64,000 bases of DNA from Cladosporium halotolerans. Taxonomy: Eukaryota. Numbering within the stretch: the first letter of the stretch is position 1; every line of letters begins with the position of its first letter. Positions 1 to 11,267 of this stretch are shown here, piece after piece. The notes beneath the pieces are model-generated. The model was not told the origin of the DNA and did not search any database. It worked only from the letters and a program-made list of their open reading frames with translations. The stretch lies in assembly GCF_011745625.1 (NCBI RefSeq), contig NW_027191460.1, forward strand, positions 248,001 through 312,000. Reading direction: 5' to 3'. The position numbers and the translations under genes were made by a program.

Positions 1-3000
1 TCGTCGCCGCGCAGACCCTGGAGCAGACTTGCGGCGCGGTCGGCGATGTCCTCGCCTTCTGACGTCGGGCTGACGGGAGGCTGCTTCTGCTCGGCTTGGC
101 CCTCAGAGGCGCCGTCGCGGTCGGCCGAGGTTTCCGATTGGCCTCCCTCTGTGCTGGGAGAGAGGAGCCCTGTGTCTTGGACGTTCTCGCCAGTCTCCGG
201 GATCTCCTGGCCTGAGGCGACGCGCACTTGGTGGCGGTCCTTTAATCTGGCCCTACGGCGGCGGTCTCTTGTGTCCCTCGTCTGCGGCGCGGCAGCACGC
301 AGCTTCTCGAGCAGCGTGTCCATCGCACCTGTGCTAGGGCTGGGACTGAGCGGCTGATCGCCGGTGGTAGCGGCGTTGGCTGCGTGGGCATTGATTTGCT
401 TGCGGCGCATGTTGGCCTCGTTGCGACGCCAGGTCTCCTCGAGGATCATGTTCTTCTCGTGCGACTTCTTGTACTCGTTGACGAAGTTGGCCAGCTTGGT
501 GAAGAAGTCGCGGCGGGCGTTGTCGTCCCTGTTGTCGTCGCCGAAGAACGTGAGGATGTCGTCGAATACGCGGTTCATCTCTGTGAGGTAGAGCTGCATT
601 TGCTCGGCCTTGCGGCGAGCATCCTTCATGCTGCGCTGCACGACTTGGCTGACGCGATCCTCCGGGTGGAACTTCTTGGAGTCGCTGAGGTTTCCAGCGT
701 CGAGAGAAGACTGTACGTTGTTGATGTTGTCGATGTATTTCTTGGCATCGCTTTGAAGTTGCTCGATGTTCATCTTCTGCGTGGTTAGAACGCCAGCAAT
801 GTCGTCGGTGAAACCCTCGTATTGCGGGTATTGCTTGCGAACAACGCGCTCCACGTAGTCCGTGAGCGTGGACTCGTTGTTGGTGTCCTTGACCATACCC
901 AAGCGCGCAAGCGAAGACAGCTTGAAACCCACAGCCTGCTTGTTGGTGTCGTTCATGTAATTACCAATGTCCAGAATCAATCCAAACACAGGCATCAGCT
1001 TGACCGAGTCGCGGAGTGACTCAGATACGTTGACAACATGCTTCAGCTTGCCAGCGATCTCATCGTAGTCAGGTTCGAAAGTACGCGTCAGCGAAAGGGC
1101 ACGCATACGAGCCTTCCAGTAGTGGTGCAGCTCGTAGGCGGTGTACAGATAGATCTGATCTTCGCGCGTGAGCTCGTTGGGGTCAGCCTCGCGCTCTGTG
1201 CTCATGGCGTCGGGACCAGTCCAGTCCTTAGAATAAGGAGCCATCTGCTTGGCGACATTGTCTGGAATGGTGCACAGGTGCTCGAGCTGAAGGAAGTCCA
1301 TGACGTTGCCGTTGTCAAGAATCTCCTTGTCGCAGTGGATGATCTGGCGAACAATCTCATCGGCCTCCAGATGCGAGAACTTGGCGAGAGAGATCTGCAT
1401 GGTGTGCATGAGGTCGCGGCTGATTATTTGCTTCTTGTCGCTCTTGGCCTTTCCACTGGCCTTACCGATCTGCTTGATTTCTTTCGCCATGAAAAGCTTT
1501 TCGATCTCGTCAAGAATACCCTTCTTCGAAAGCTCTTGGTACTTCTCTTCTTTCATCTCAGAGGTGGGTGTGTGCGTAGCCCAGAGCGTGATCTCGGGCG
1601 AATCAATCTTCTCCCAATGCAGAGCCTTAAGCTTCTTCTTAGGTCGCGGCGCGCCTAGGCCAACAGTAGTAGTGGGATTGTAGATGGGCGATGGAAGCCA
1701 GCCACCCTTCTTGGCACCAGGGAGAGGTGGTGCTCCAGGAGGAGGCGGTGGAGGTCCACCAGCGAAGCCACCAGGGCCCGGAGGTGGAGGAGGTGGGGGA
1801 GGAGGACCGCCAAACCCAGGCATGGGAGGAGGAGGGGGTGCACCGCCACCGAAACCAGGCATAGGTGGAGGAGGTGGAGGCGGAGGCGCTCCCCCGTCGA
1901 ATCCGGGCATGGGTGGGGGAGGCGGAGGTGGGCCGCCATCGAACCCAGGCATTGGTGGTGGCGGTGGAGGTGGTGCGCCATCGAACTTGTCTTTGGGATG
2001 TTCTGGGTCTTCCGGCGTCTTTGGGCTCTGGCTCTCGAGGCTTGGATGACTGGGTCCAGTAGTGATACCGTCGCCTTCGTCATCTGAACCATCGATGCGC
2101 TGCGTCTTACTCGTGAGCTCCGAAAGCACGCCGTTGGCCATCGCAGAGGGAACCTTGGGCTTCTTGAACTCGACGATCCTCGGCTTCTCAATGACAGTGC
2201 CTTCGTCGTCGAGCTCGAAGTCTTCCTCTTCTTTGCTCGATCGCTGCCCGCCGACTGGCTTCCTGTGAATTCCGCTCTTGGAACGAGGCGCAGTACCGAG
2301 ATACTGCATGTGCTCCGGCAAGGCGTCCGGTGCAATGGCACCATTCTCGCCTTCCATCTTCTCACGCAATTCGCGGAGTTTGTCAGACGGGTTGACCTGT
2401 TGCCAGACCTTGCCCTCAAGTTTGGCTTGAGTCTTCGCTCTCTCGAGCTGCATCTCAAGGCGATCCATGAGGCGCTCCCTGTCCATGATACCAGCCAAAC
2501 GAGCAGGGTCAGTCTCTCCGCCCTTGCCGTTCTTTGCGTTGGAGGCTGCAATGTCTTGTGCATCACGTAGCATGAGGTACAATTCTCTTGTCTCAAGCTC
2601 GTTCCGCTGCAGTTCCATGGCACGCACACGTTGAAGCTCCGCAAGCTCTGCCTTGAAAGCCTCCGTTTGTCGCTGTTGAAGATCGATGATTGCGGCCTGC
2701 TCTTCCAGCTGCTTCTGCAACTTCGCGACGAGTCCGTCGGCTCCGAGTTCGACCTGGGCCTTCATCTCATCTCTCTCAGCAACTGCAGCATCAGCTACGA
2801 GGCGGGCCTCGTGCGCTTCCTCTCGAGCCTGCCGAGCCTCGCCGTCTGTGTAAAGCTTGTCCATCAAGCTCTGCACAGTGAAATTGAGAGATTGCTTGAG
2901 ATCCATGTCTGGAAGCCTTCGATCCATGGCCACGTACGACAGCATGCTGTCAACCAGCTGGAACATGCGCAGTCGATCGTCGCCGGCATTGTCGCGAATG

Positions 3001-4943
3001 AGAAGCAAATGTTGCAGAGCCGACAAGAAGTAATCACCAGCTCTTGTGCCGCCGACCTTCTGCTGAATTACTTCCACGATCTGGGCCGGATCGTTAAGAT
3101 CCTTACCCTCGCCCTCGACCGAGTCGACCATGGAGCTGCCTTCGTGCTCGAGCATATCTTCATAGTCGATCGCCTCGTTCGCCCGGTACCGCTCAATCTG
3201 CTTGTCGATGACCTCGTACTGAAAGTCCTCCATCTTGTGCAAGATGCGTTTGAGGCCACAGCCGACGAATTGCGCGCGGATATGACATCTCAGCTGTAGG
3301 TCTCTCTCAGGTGCATCGACGACCATGTTGATCAGGAAGAGCGAAGCGACGGCGTATTCCATGAGGAGGTTCTCCATGCCAATACCGCCTGAGCGAACCT
3401 CATCCGACGCACCAACCAAGGAGCCCATCTTGCCACGGCCGTCGACCGTGACTTCAACGATTCGCATCCATGCATCGAAGCGGCCGTTCTCGCCCTGCTG
3501 AGCTTTCAGATAATCCAAAGCTTGCAAGACTTTGAGGTGGCCTTGTCCGTCAGCCCAGTGACACAAGAAAGTCAGCACTTCCGAGACCAGCTTCCTTGTG
3601 TTCAACCTGGGAGAGATCAAAGAGGCTGCCAGGGCCATGATGATCTTATCATGCTGCAGCGCGTTGTCGGCGCCATACTTGTTGTTCATGAGCGACTTCA
3701 AGCATTTGACGATGTCGTATTCGCGGTCCAGATCGCGCTCGTGGTTCGCATTGCTTCCTAAGGGTGCCGGACCTGACTGCTGACGTTTGTTGATCTTCCC
3801 TAGCAGGTTGGCCAGAGCGACTTGACCTTGTGCTTCCACGAACTGCTTCACCCAAGCGATGGGCTGTGTTCGTAATGAGACGGACAAGCTTTGTAGCTGC
3901 TTGGGCGAAATGCTGTTGTCCAGGAGTCTTCTGACGAACCATTCCGGGCTGCCCTCCTCGTCGGCACGTCCAAGTATGCCCAGGTTTTCATTTCCGTTGA
4001 TCGTCGTCCTCGCGGTCATTCGCCTCTTCTGCTCCGCCTGCCATTCTGCCAACCGATCCTGGTGTACCAGGGTCCATTTCTTGCTTATCGGATATGCTTC
4101 CATTTGCCTTTTTGCTTGTTCCGGTAGTGATTTCCAGCCACGCTTAAGCATCAAATCCAAGAACTCTTTCTCAATGACGCGATCATCTGTTGGTCTATGC
4201 AAGACGAACCCGTCAGGAGTGAATGATGTTTGACTCGAGAAGGCAGAGGGGTTGGTCGTGTTCAGATAATCGCCGTGTCGCTGCCTCTCCTTCGTAGGTG
4301 CAGGTGCCAGTTGCGGGAGAAGAGAGTTGCTATCCAAGTTGACCGGCGGGAAAGAAGCCTGACTGGCGTTTGATAGCGTGTGGAATCTCCTGTCGTTGGA
4401 CGAACTCGATCGTATGCTCCCGTGGTCGCTTGAGCCTCGCGAATCTCCGTACGGCCCACCGTTCAGAGTGATGATGTCTGAATCTAGACTCCTCCCCGCG
4501 GATGATTTTCCATGTGTTGGTGGCCTTGGAACACCAGGAAGAGGTTTTGAAGGTTCGAATGTGGGATATTGGTGAAAGTCAGCGCCTGGTTTGGCAGAAT
4601 GATCGCGTGATCTCGGTTTTTCGGACGGGTCCAGATGGACAGGCTGTCTAGTGTTGCTGGATGCGGCTTCGTACGGTACGCTCGCTATCACACCCGCCGA
4701 ATGGCCATATGCGCCCTCCGCGGCGTCATATCGTCTTTGATGGTAGTGGTCCGGGTCGACCGTCGATATCGAGCTCCGGTGCGAGTGCCTCGATGCCACG
4801 CTCGGGGCATAGCTCGCGGGCAGACTGGGCGTGTCCGGGACAGGCATGGGTTCATTGCTCGCTTTGTCCTTCTTTGAGCGCGAGAAGAAAGACTTGCCTC
4901 CGCTGGTCTGCCGCGCATTCTTGTCGGCGGACGACGAGAACAT
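1..4943 (-). CDS. sepA: Formin (SepA/Bni1 family), 3' end beyond window start
   Basis: Minus-strand frame from ATG at 4943 (MFSSADKNARQTSGGKSFFSRSKK) runs off position 1, so it is absent from the ORF track. It has a GBD/FH3 region (EKEFLDLMLKRGWKSLPEQAKRQMEAYPISKKWTLVHQD), FH1 polyproline repeats at ~1690-2000, FH2 (RPKKKLKALHWEKID; LILDIGNYMND; GFKLSSLARL) and a DAD-like MDTLLEKLR at ~297-323. Confidence 0.95.
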   Translation of the reverse strand, partial: MFSSSADKNARQTSGGKSFFSRSKKDKASNEPMPVPDTPSLPASYAPSVASRHSHRSSISTVDPDHYHQRRYDAAEGAYGHSAGVIASVPYEAASSNTRQPVHLDPSEKPRSRDHSAKPGADFHQYPTFEPSKPLPGVPRPPTHGKSSAGRSLDSDIITLNGGPYGDSRGSSDHGSIRSSSSNDRRFHTLSNASQASFPPVNLDSNSLLPQLAPAPTKERQRHGDYLNTTNPSAFSSQTSFTPDGFVLHRPTDDRVIEKEFLDLMLKRGWKSLPEQAKRQMEAYPISKKWTLVHQDRLAEWQAEQKRRMTARTTINGNENLGILGRADEEGSPEWFVRRLLDNSISPKQLQSLSVSLRTQPIAWVKQFVEAQGQVALANLLGKINKRQQSGPAPLGSNANHERDLDREYDIVKCLKSLMNNKYGADNALQHDKIIMALAASLISPRLNTRKLVSEVLTFLCHWADGQGHLKVLQALDYLKAQQGENGRFDAWMRIVEVTVDGRGKMGSLVGASDEVRSGGIGMENLLMEYAVASLFLINMVVDAPERDLQLRCHIRAQFVGCGLKRILHKMEDFQYEVIDKQIERYRANEAIDYEDMLEHEGSSMVDSVEGEGKDLNDPAQIVEVIQQKVGGTRAGDYFLSALQHLLLIRDNAGDDRLRMFQLVDSMLSYVAMDRRLPDMDLKQSLNFTVQSLMDKLYTDGEARQAREEAHEARLVADAAVAERDEMKAQVELGADGLVAKLQKQLEEQAAIIDLQQRQTEAFKAELAELQRVRAMELQRNELETRELYLMLRDAQDIAASNAKNGKGGETDPARLAGIMDRERLMDRLEMQLERAKTQAKLEGKVWQQVNPSDKLRELREKMEGENGAIAPDALPEHMQYLGTAPRSKSGIHRKPVGGQRSSKEEEDFELDDEGTVIEKPRIVEFKKPKVPSAMANGVLSELTSKTQRIDGSDDEGDGITTGPSHPSLESQSPKTPEDPEHPKDKFDGAPPPPPPPMPGFDGGPPPPPPPMPGFDGGAPPPPPPPPMPGFGGGAPPPPPMPGFGGPPPPPPPPPGPGGFAGGPPPPPPGAPPLPGAKKGGWLPSPIYNPTTTVGLGAPRPKKKLKALHWEKIDSPEITLWATHTPTSEMKEEKYQELSKKGILDEIEKLFMAKEIKQIGKASGKAKSDKKQIISRDLMHTMQISLAKFSHLEADEIVRQIIHCDKEILDNGNVMDFLQLEHLCTIPDNVAKQMAPYSKDWTGPDAMSTEREADPNELTREDQIYLYTAYELHHYWKARMRALSLTRTFEPDYDEIAGKLKHVVNVSESLRDSVKLMPVFGLILDIGNYMNDTNKQAVGFKLSSLARLGMVKDTNNESTLTDYVERVVRKQYPQYEGFTDDIAGVLTTQKMNIEQLQSDAKKYIDNINNVQSSLDAGNLSDSKKFHPEDRVSQVVQRSMKDARRKAEQMQLYLTEMNRVFDDILTFFGDDNRDDNARRDFFTKLANFVNEYKKSHEKNMILEETWRRNEANMRRKQINAHAANAATTGDQPLSPSPSTGAMDTLLEKLRAAAPQTRDTRDRRRRARLKDRHQVRVASGQEIPETGENVQDTGLLSPSTEGGQSETSADRDGASEGQAEQKQPPVSPTSEGEDIADRAASLLQGLRGD

Positions 4944-5850
4944 GGCGGCGGCTGGGATGTCTCAGCGCTGGTGCGCGGCGCGGTACTGCGCTCCCTATCG
5001 TGGTCCTCGGCCGGCCGATCGCGCCGTTTGCTCCTCCCTAGATCCCTCGCTCTTGTGACGTGTGCCTCTTTGCCCGCAGCATTCAGCGAGCTTGCAGCCA
5101 AACTCTCCCTGTGAACAAAGCCCAACGCCCGGAAGCGGTGCAGCAGAGCCGCCGGGTGAGACACGACTGCAGTCGAGCCCCTGGGCTAGAAGGCGCCTAA
5201 GGCCAACGCGCAAGGCTGTGTGGTATTATAGGTATCCAAGGGCTTGGGGGCGAGTCCCCGCTCGGTGTTGCCGTGTATTCGCGGTCCAGAAAGCCGCGGT
5301 GCAGGTGTGCAGCGGCGACAGCGGCGGCAGGTGCAGCGTCGGCTCGTCCCACGCTCGGTATGTGTCTCTGCGTCGCGGTCGCAGAAAAGCAGCCCAGACC
5401 AGGAGGCGGCGGTAGGGTCGGCGGCAGGATGGAGAAGTGAGACCTACCGTGCCAGCCAGCGAGCCAGACACCTCAGCCCGCAACACGCGCGCTCTGCCCC
5501 GGACTAGTGAGCTAGCGACAGCCCCTGCGCTTGGCGGCCAGGGCCAGCGGGCGCTTGAAGGGCCTCGGAGCCGGTCGTGCGCGGGCAGCGCGCTGCCTTC
5601 CCCTGACTAGCGGTGCGACGGTTGGATGGCTGAAGACTGTCATTTGCGCGATCGAGCAAGCGTTGCGGCGCACGGAAACAGCAGGAGAGTTTGTCACGGA
5701 ACGATCGCCGAGGTGTGAAGAAGGCTACAGAACACCATCCACCGAAACGCCTACGCTAAAGCAAATCACCCCTCGTCCTTGCGCCAGTTAACGCCACGAC
5801 CTGTTTAGACTTCGTCCTCGAGTCAGCCTTGCGCGCTCCTCTCATCAGCC

Positions 5851-6968
5851 TTACTGGCTATACGAGGAGATGTAGTACTGCAGACTCGTCAGCGTGTGTC
5901 TTCTCGCCGCTACCACCCGCTCGGATTACTTACCGTCAGCACAGACTCGCCGACTCCAGGCTCGTCGCCGTTCAAGTACACATACAAGATCATCGCGTGC
6001 TCATGGCACAGGCACGCAATCACCCGTCCCCCTAGTCTGCCCACACTCAGCACCCTCACCCAGTCCTTTCCATCCAGCCTCACTGTCGCCCATCCTTCCT
6101 CGCTCTGCCCTTGAGAATCTCCCAAAGCCTTCATCCGTGTGCTCGGATGGTTCTCAATGCCGCCCAGGCCATCAACGTTCTGATCTGGATCAAGCTCTGG
6201 ATTGTTGAGCCCGGTCCACAAGCTGTTGATGCGCATGGCGTCGGTGTTCAGCGCCAAGCGCAAGCAGCCGTGCATGTTCGCACTGAGCTCCAGCCGCGGG
6301 CCGCTGGCGCTGCTGAAGCCTCCACGTGTGCCCGCCTTCGTAGACATGGCTAGCTTTGTGAAACGGTCGCTGATGCTCTTCAGCTGGAGTAGATTAGGTA
6401 GCGTAATATGCACGTCCGGCTCTCTGCAGCGTGGCTCGTGCAACCCTTCGACGGACGCCGCGGCGAGCACACGGATGGGAACATCCTGGCTGATGATCGT
6501 CTCGCGATCCTGGCGACCAAAGAAGTCGACGCTCCCTTCTCTGTCCGTGCCGCCAAAATCGTCGCCAGTGCTTTCAATGTTGCCATCCCGATCTGCGAAG
6601 GCTGAAGGAGCACTGCTGTTGATCGTCGTCGTTTTGATCGTCAGACTGAGTAGGGGGATATTGTCTTTCTTCGTCAGGCGAATATGGGCTGCAATCGCAT
6701 TCTGAGCGCTTTTAAGCGCACGTTGTAGTGGGACGAGAGGGACTTCGAGGTTGATCGTGTTGTTTGCTGCGGCCGATTGAATCGTGTACGTCTCGAATAT
6801 GGTGTCTGTCGATAGCACTGCCCAAACCTGTGTGCCTTTCTCGGGCACGACGGTGAATCGAACATCTTGGTCATCCAGGCGCAGCCAGGCGACATGGCCG
6901 AGAGTGGCAAGCGAGGCGGTGAACTTGGTGAAGGTGTGGATGTTCTGAATGTCTGCTCGGAAACGCAT
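5851..6968 (-). CDS. hus1: Checkpoint clamp (9-1-1) subunit Hus1/Mec3 family
   Basis: MRFRADIQNIHTFTKFTASLATLGHVAWLRL...QVWAVL...NNTINLEV...IRLTKK...QDVPIRVL...EPRCREPDVHITLPNL, typical of Hus1. One intron 5878-5933 (GTAAGT...GCTGAC...CAG) gives C-terminus VLTYYISSYSQ*; 353 aa. Confidence 0.9.
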
Positions 6969-7467
6969 GATTCCTACCAAGCTTCAAGTTCGCTGAGAGG
7001 AATAAGCAGATTGCCCCGGCTCATCAATACTCGTCAAAGTGTGACGCGAGTATGGATTCCCGGGTGATGGCCGTGTGGCATATGCTCACACCATGACGGA
7101 ATTGAGCGGGGATAAGAACTTTTAGCAAGATTCAAGCCAGCACTGACAGCTCACCTCCGCTGATCGTCTAATCGTAACGCCAGGTTGCTGGTAAATCCAC
7201 GTGCTGTCGTCTGGAGAGAGTTGCCGACGCACGTGCATTGCAAGCGATGACAGGCAGCCGTCTGTCGTGAACAAGGGTGGGTCCGAGCCGCGGTCCGCAG
7301 CGGGAGCGCCCGGCCCTGCCAGTCATTCCTGACCCTGCATACGGCAGCCTGGCGGGCGTAAGGCTGGAGTCCCTTCCGCATTTGGTTTGCGACAATCAAC
7401 AGCCAAATCGTCGCCAACCTTCCCTCCTGCACACCACTTCACCATCTCCACCTCAGTTTTCGCCAAC

Positions 7468-9531
7468 ATGGCGCCAGGCGCGACCAAGCGCCGCTCAAAC
7501 CGTCAGGCGGCCACGCGCAAACGGTCGAAGTACGTCGACCCAGACACCGACGATGACTTCGAGACTAGCGACGCAGAAGCCGACCACTCCCCCGACCAGC
7601 TCCACCACGCTCAAGCCGAAGCCCAAGCGCCCGTCCCGAAGAGGCGCAAGGTTACACGCAAGACCCATCGCCCACAGACACGCAGTAAAGCCGCCAAAGC
7701 CAAACCCAAAACTCAAACGAGGATAATCGGTCAGACGCGCAAACCGCGCTCGACAGCCGCCGAAAAGGCAGATGCGGCGAAGTTTAAAGGACCCAGCGAT
7801 GGCAAGATTCCGGAATGGACATCGCTACCATCAGCGATACTGCGCGACATCTTCGTCTTCGCATCGCAGCCTCTCGACAGCGACAGCGTGTCATGGTTGC
7901 ACAACGCCGCACATATATGCCGCGCCTTCGCTGAGCCTGCCCTGGAAGCATATTATTACTCGCCAGCCTTCCTGAATACGCTGCACCCACACCGCCTGCT
8001 TGAGCTCCTACGCATTCGGGACGGTCGCTACATACATTACAACACCAAAGTAAAGAGCCTGGAAATTGATATGAGGAAGTTGAGCTATACTGCACATGGG
8101 AGACCGTTGTTTGACTTGAGCGAGCTTGTCGCAGAGTTGCCGCAGCTGCGTCACTTGCAGGTGACAAACCCTATCGATGAGCCACCATACAGACGTATGA
8201 AGACTCAACAATGGTGGTACCCTGAAAATCTGTTCACCACCTTAGCACAGCATGGGCAGCGTCTAAAGACATGGCGCTGGAGTCGCGACATGGTGGCTGA
8301 TCCATCTCAACTCTATCCTGCCATGGCATCTGTACACGAGGGCCAGGCATTTCAAGATCTTGAGACATTGGTGGTTTGCGGATATGACGCTGAAGATAGC
8401 CCTGCGTCCACCATCCTGAGCGAGAATGGCGAGGAGACCGTGCTCGACATGCCTTGGGCCATAGCCAAACTGCCAAACCTTAAGGATCTGACATTTGTAT
8501 CCTGCAATATCGTGCGCGATGACTTTCTGACGAAACTGCCTGCAAATCTGGAAAGACTGGAGCTCGTGAACTGCTGGAAGGTTGACAGCGACATGCTTAC
8601 CGACTACCTATTACAAAACGGGGCTCAACTCAGAGAACTCATCCTGAGCCACAACGTTACGCTCAACTTGGCTTTTTTGACTTCTCTGGCGACGTCTTGT
8701 CCCCGACTAGAGACGCTTGTCGTGGATGGCCATTATTACAGTGAGCGAGTATCCATCAACGATGCCGAGCCAGAATACAACGAACTCCTCACTGCATCAG
8801 ATGTACCGACGTGGCCAACAACTCTGCGTCACGTCTCTCTTCTGCAGCTGCAGAAGTGGTCTCAAGAGGCAGGTACCAACTTCTTCCGCTCGCTGGTTGA
8901 AGGCGCGCAGTCTTTGCCTGATCTACGGCACCTGGCGATCCAAGCACACATCGACATTCCCTGGCGCGACAGGGCTGGCTTCCGCGACACGTGGACTGCT
9001 CGGCTACAACAAGTCTTCCTCCGACGTGGCAAGCCTCCACATCCATATCACGGCTCCAAGCGGCAATTTGAGCTCTACAAGCAAGTCAAGGAAAAGAACG
9101 GCGGGAAAGATGTAGACGATGTTGTCTTCGACGCCGCTCTCAATCCGAACCGCGTGAGCCATGTCCAGGTCACACCTCACAAAGCGACTGGGGATACCGA
9201 CACTTATGACTCCGACGACGCTTCCTCGCCTACTGAGAAGCCCCTTCCGACGCGCCGCAGCACGCGCGTCAAGCACAGCCAGCCATCTACTGAGCCGGAA
9301 AATGCGTCAGATGACGACTCAGACACAGCGCCCGCTGGTGCAGGCGAGCAGAATGGGACATCGTTGTTCGTGCAGGGATTATGTAACGTTGTTGACGTCC
9401 GCATTGACAACCAGCGGCCGCGCGAAAACATGTTCACTGAACAAGATTTCCTCGACAGCGAGAGGAGCGGTGATGAAGATTGGAACGAGGGAGCGGATAT
9501 GGAATTTGAGGATGACCGCTATGCGTGGTGA
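7468..9531 (+). CDS. F-box-like / leucine-rich-repeat (RNI-like) fungal protein
   Basis: Long single-exon ORF from ATG 7468. Basic N-terminus, F-box-like WTSLPSAILRDIF, repeated LxxLxxLxL motifs (LPQLRHLQV, LPNLKDLTF, CPRLETLVV, LPDLRHLAI) and an acidic C-terminus. Confidence 0.75.
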   Translation: MAPGATKRRSNRQAATRKRSKYVDPDTDDDFETSDAEADHSPDQLHHAQAEAQAPVPKRRKVTRKTHRPQTRSKAAKAKPKTQTRIIGQTRKPRSTAAEKADAAKFKGPSDGKIPEWTSLPSAILRDIFVFASQPLDSDSVSWLHNAAHICRAFAEPALEAYYYSPAFLNTLHPHRLLELLRIRDGRYIHYNTKVKSLEIDMRKLSYTAHGRPLFDLSELVAELPQLRHLQVTNPIDEPPYRRMKTQQWWYPENLFTTLAQHGQRLKTWRWSRDMVADPSQLYPAMASVHEGQAFQDLETLVVCGYDAEDSPASTILSENGEETVLDMPWAIAKLPNLKDLTFVSCNIVRDDFLTKLPANLERLELVNCWKVDSDMLTDYLLQNGAQLRELILSHNVTLNLAFLTSLATSCPRLETLVVDGHYYSERVSINDAEPEYNELLTASDVPTWPTTLRHVSLLQLQKWSQEAGTNFFRSLVEGAQSLPDLRHLAIQAHIDIPWRDRAGFRDTWTARLQQVFLRRGKPPHPYHGSKRQFELYKQVKEKNGGKDVDDVVFDAALNPNRVSHVQVTPHKATGDTDTYDSDDASSPTEKPLPTRRSTRVKHSQPSTEPENASDDDSDTAPAGAGEQNGTSLFVQGLCNVVDVRIDNQRPRENMFTEQDFLDSERSGDEDWNEGADMEFEDDRYAW

Positions 9532-10226
9532 TCGGTGATGCTAATGACTTTCCTTTTCGTATGATTGCGGGAAACCTCAGATCGACCTGATCGACGGACG
9601 TCGCTGTTGTCTTTGCGGGTGTGTATGATTGCTGGCGTCACGATCGGTGAAGCGCCCTGTATGATAGCAAATGAGAATGCGAGGACACAATCGAGCTGTA
9701 TAATACAATCATGAAGTCTCTTTCAGAGCTGCCCATATAAGTGTTACGATCAATTCCGTTCCAAGCTTCCAAATTTAGTTTAGTGAAATACCGTGCTGCT
9801 TCTTCCTTTTGAGGTTTCGGTTGGGCAGTCAAGACACACTACGAGACAACTCGCAGGCGGCTCGAAAAAATTGAGGTGGCTTCATGTTTGACTCAAGTGG
9901 CTGTCCTCGTTGTTGTTCGCGGATGCCACTGTTTTCGATCTGTCAAGTGCGTATAAGAGCAACCGAACTAGTCCTTCTATTTACATCGGTTGCTGCCGGG
10001 ACCCGAAAATAAGGTTTGGCTTACCCCAAGATCCAAACTCTAAATTTGATAAAGCGACGTCACTGCCCGAACTCACACACAAGCCACACGCGGTGACACC
10101 TGCCTGTCATCACTCACCTCTACTATCATGTGAACGCAGATGCTACGATCAGCTTGCCTCAAAAGTAGCCATCATTCTGTCAATCGAGACTCCTAAGTAC
10201 TCAACCCTCAACAACATCGACCCACG

Positions 10227-11267
10227 ATGGAGCCGCCTGAGCCCAGGTGTCGATTCCTGGAACTACCCGCAGAGCTTCGCCTTCAAATATACTCAGAAAC
10301 GTTGCTCACGAGTTCCATCATCACAATATCCAGCGCCAAACTCACAGGCGAATGTTCAGACGTAGTACATCGCCTGTGGGGCAACGACCGCTCACCCTTC
10401 CCCGGCATACCACTCAACCACGAGCCAGTAATCGAAGAAAGCTACGACCCAAGCCTCCTCTCCGTGACCAGTCCCGCCACCATCCCCCTCATACCAGGCT
10501 TCGCAGATGCTCCCGGCCGCGACAGACCCCGCCACGCCTGCCCGTCGCTGTTACTAGTCAACAAGCAAATCCACCACGAACTCAAATCCCACTTCAACCT
10601 CAAACACGCCCGCACCGCCAGCCTCTTCCTCTCCTACCCCTCCGGCCTGCACGTCTTCCGCACCCTCGCGCCCTCCCTCGTCTCCCAAGCCCGCAGCGTC
10701 CACCTCGCAGGTATCTACACGCCCACGACCTTCTCGCCCACGCACCGCGCCTACCTCCCCCCTTCCTGCTCGCAGCCCAATCCCTCCCTCCCCTCCGCCG
10801 CAGCGTACAACGCCAAAACCATCCCGGACTCCCCCAGCCAGCTCGCGGACCTGATCAAATCCCTCTTCGGCCCGGCCCCGCGGCACGCGATCGCCAAGCT
10901 CGAGCTGCGCATCTACTACCCCGGCGACGACAGCTACAGCACGGTGTGGGGCGACGACTGCTCGCCGGTCGTCGTGGCGCTGCGCAACATCTTCACGGGC
11001 GACATCGGTATCACGGTCTACCGTGGGCGGCACGGCACGGGCGTGCAGCTCGGGGCGAGGGCGAACCGCGAGCGCAGGAGGGTTGTGTCGACTGTTTGGA
11101 GGAGGCTGGAGGAGGGCAGGCGCGGCGAGCCGAGGTGTGGGAGTTGGGTTGTTGATGAGTTGTGGCCGGATTGGAAGGTGGTGGAGGAGGGGGAGGAGGT
11201 GAGGGGGGAGATTGTTGTTACGAGTGATGTTAGGAGGGAGGGCGGGGAGGGGGGAGGGGAGGCGTAG
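10227..11267 (+). CDS. Hypothetical protein with N-terminal F-box-like motif
   Basis: 346-aa ORF starting CRFLELPAELRLQIY with a later LLLVNKQIHHE motif, both typical of fungal F-box-like/2EXR-type proteins. Strong codon bias. Confidence 0.75.
   Translation: MEPPEPRCRFLELPAELRLQIYSETLLTSSIITISSAKLTGECSDVVHRLWGNDRSPFPGIPLNHEPVIEESYDPSLLSVTSPATIPLIPGFADAPGRDRPRHACPSLLLVNKQIHHELKSHFNLKHARTASLFLSYPSGLHVFRTLAPSLVSQARSVHLAGIYTPTTFSPTHRAYLPPSCSQPNPSLPSAAAYNAKTIPDSPSQLADLIKSLFGPAPRHAIAKLELRIYYPGDDSYSTVWGDDCSPVVVALRNIFTGDIGITVYRGRHGTGVQLGARANRERRRVVSTVWRRLEEGRRGEPRCGSWVVDELWPDWKVVEEGEEVRGEIVVTSDVRREGGEGGGEA

Noticed and set aside
46..4877. Many + strand ORFs, including the Gly-rich 1684-2049 ORF
   Set aside because: Antisense shadows of the formin CDS; the poly-Gly is the reverse complement of the FH1 poly-Pro.
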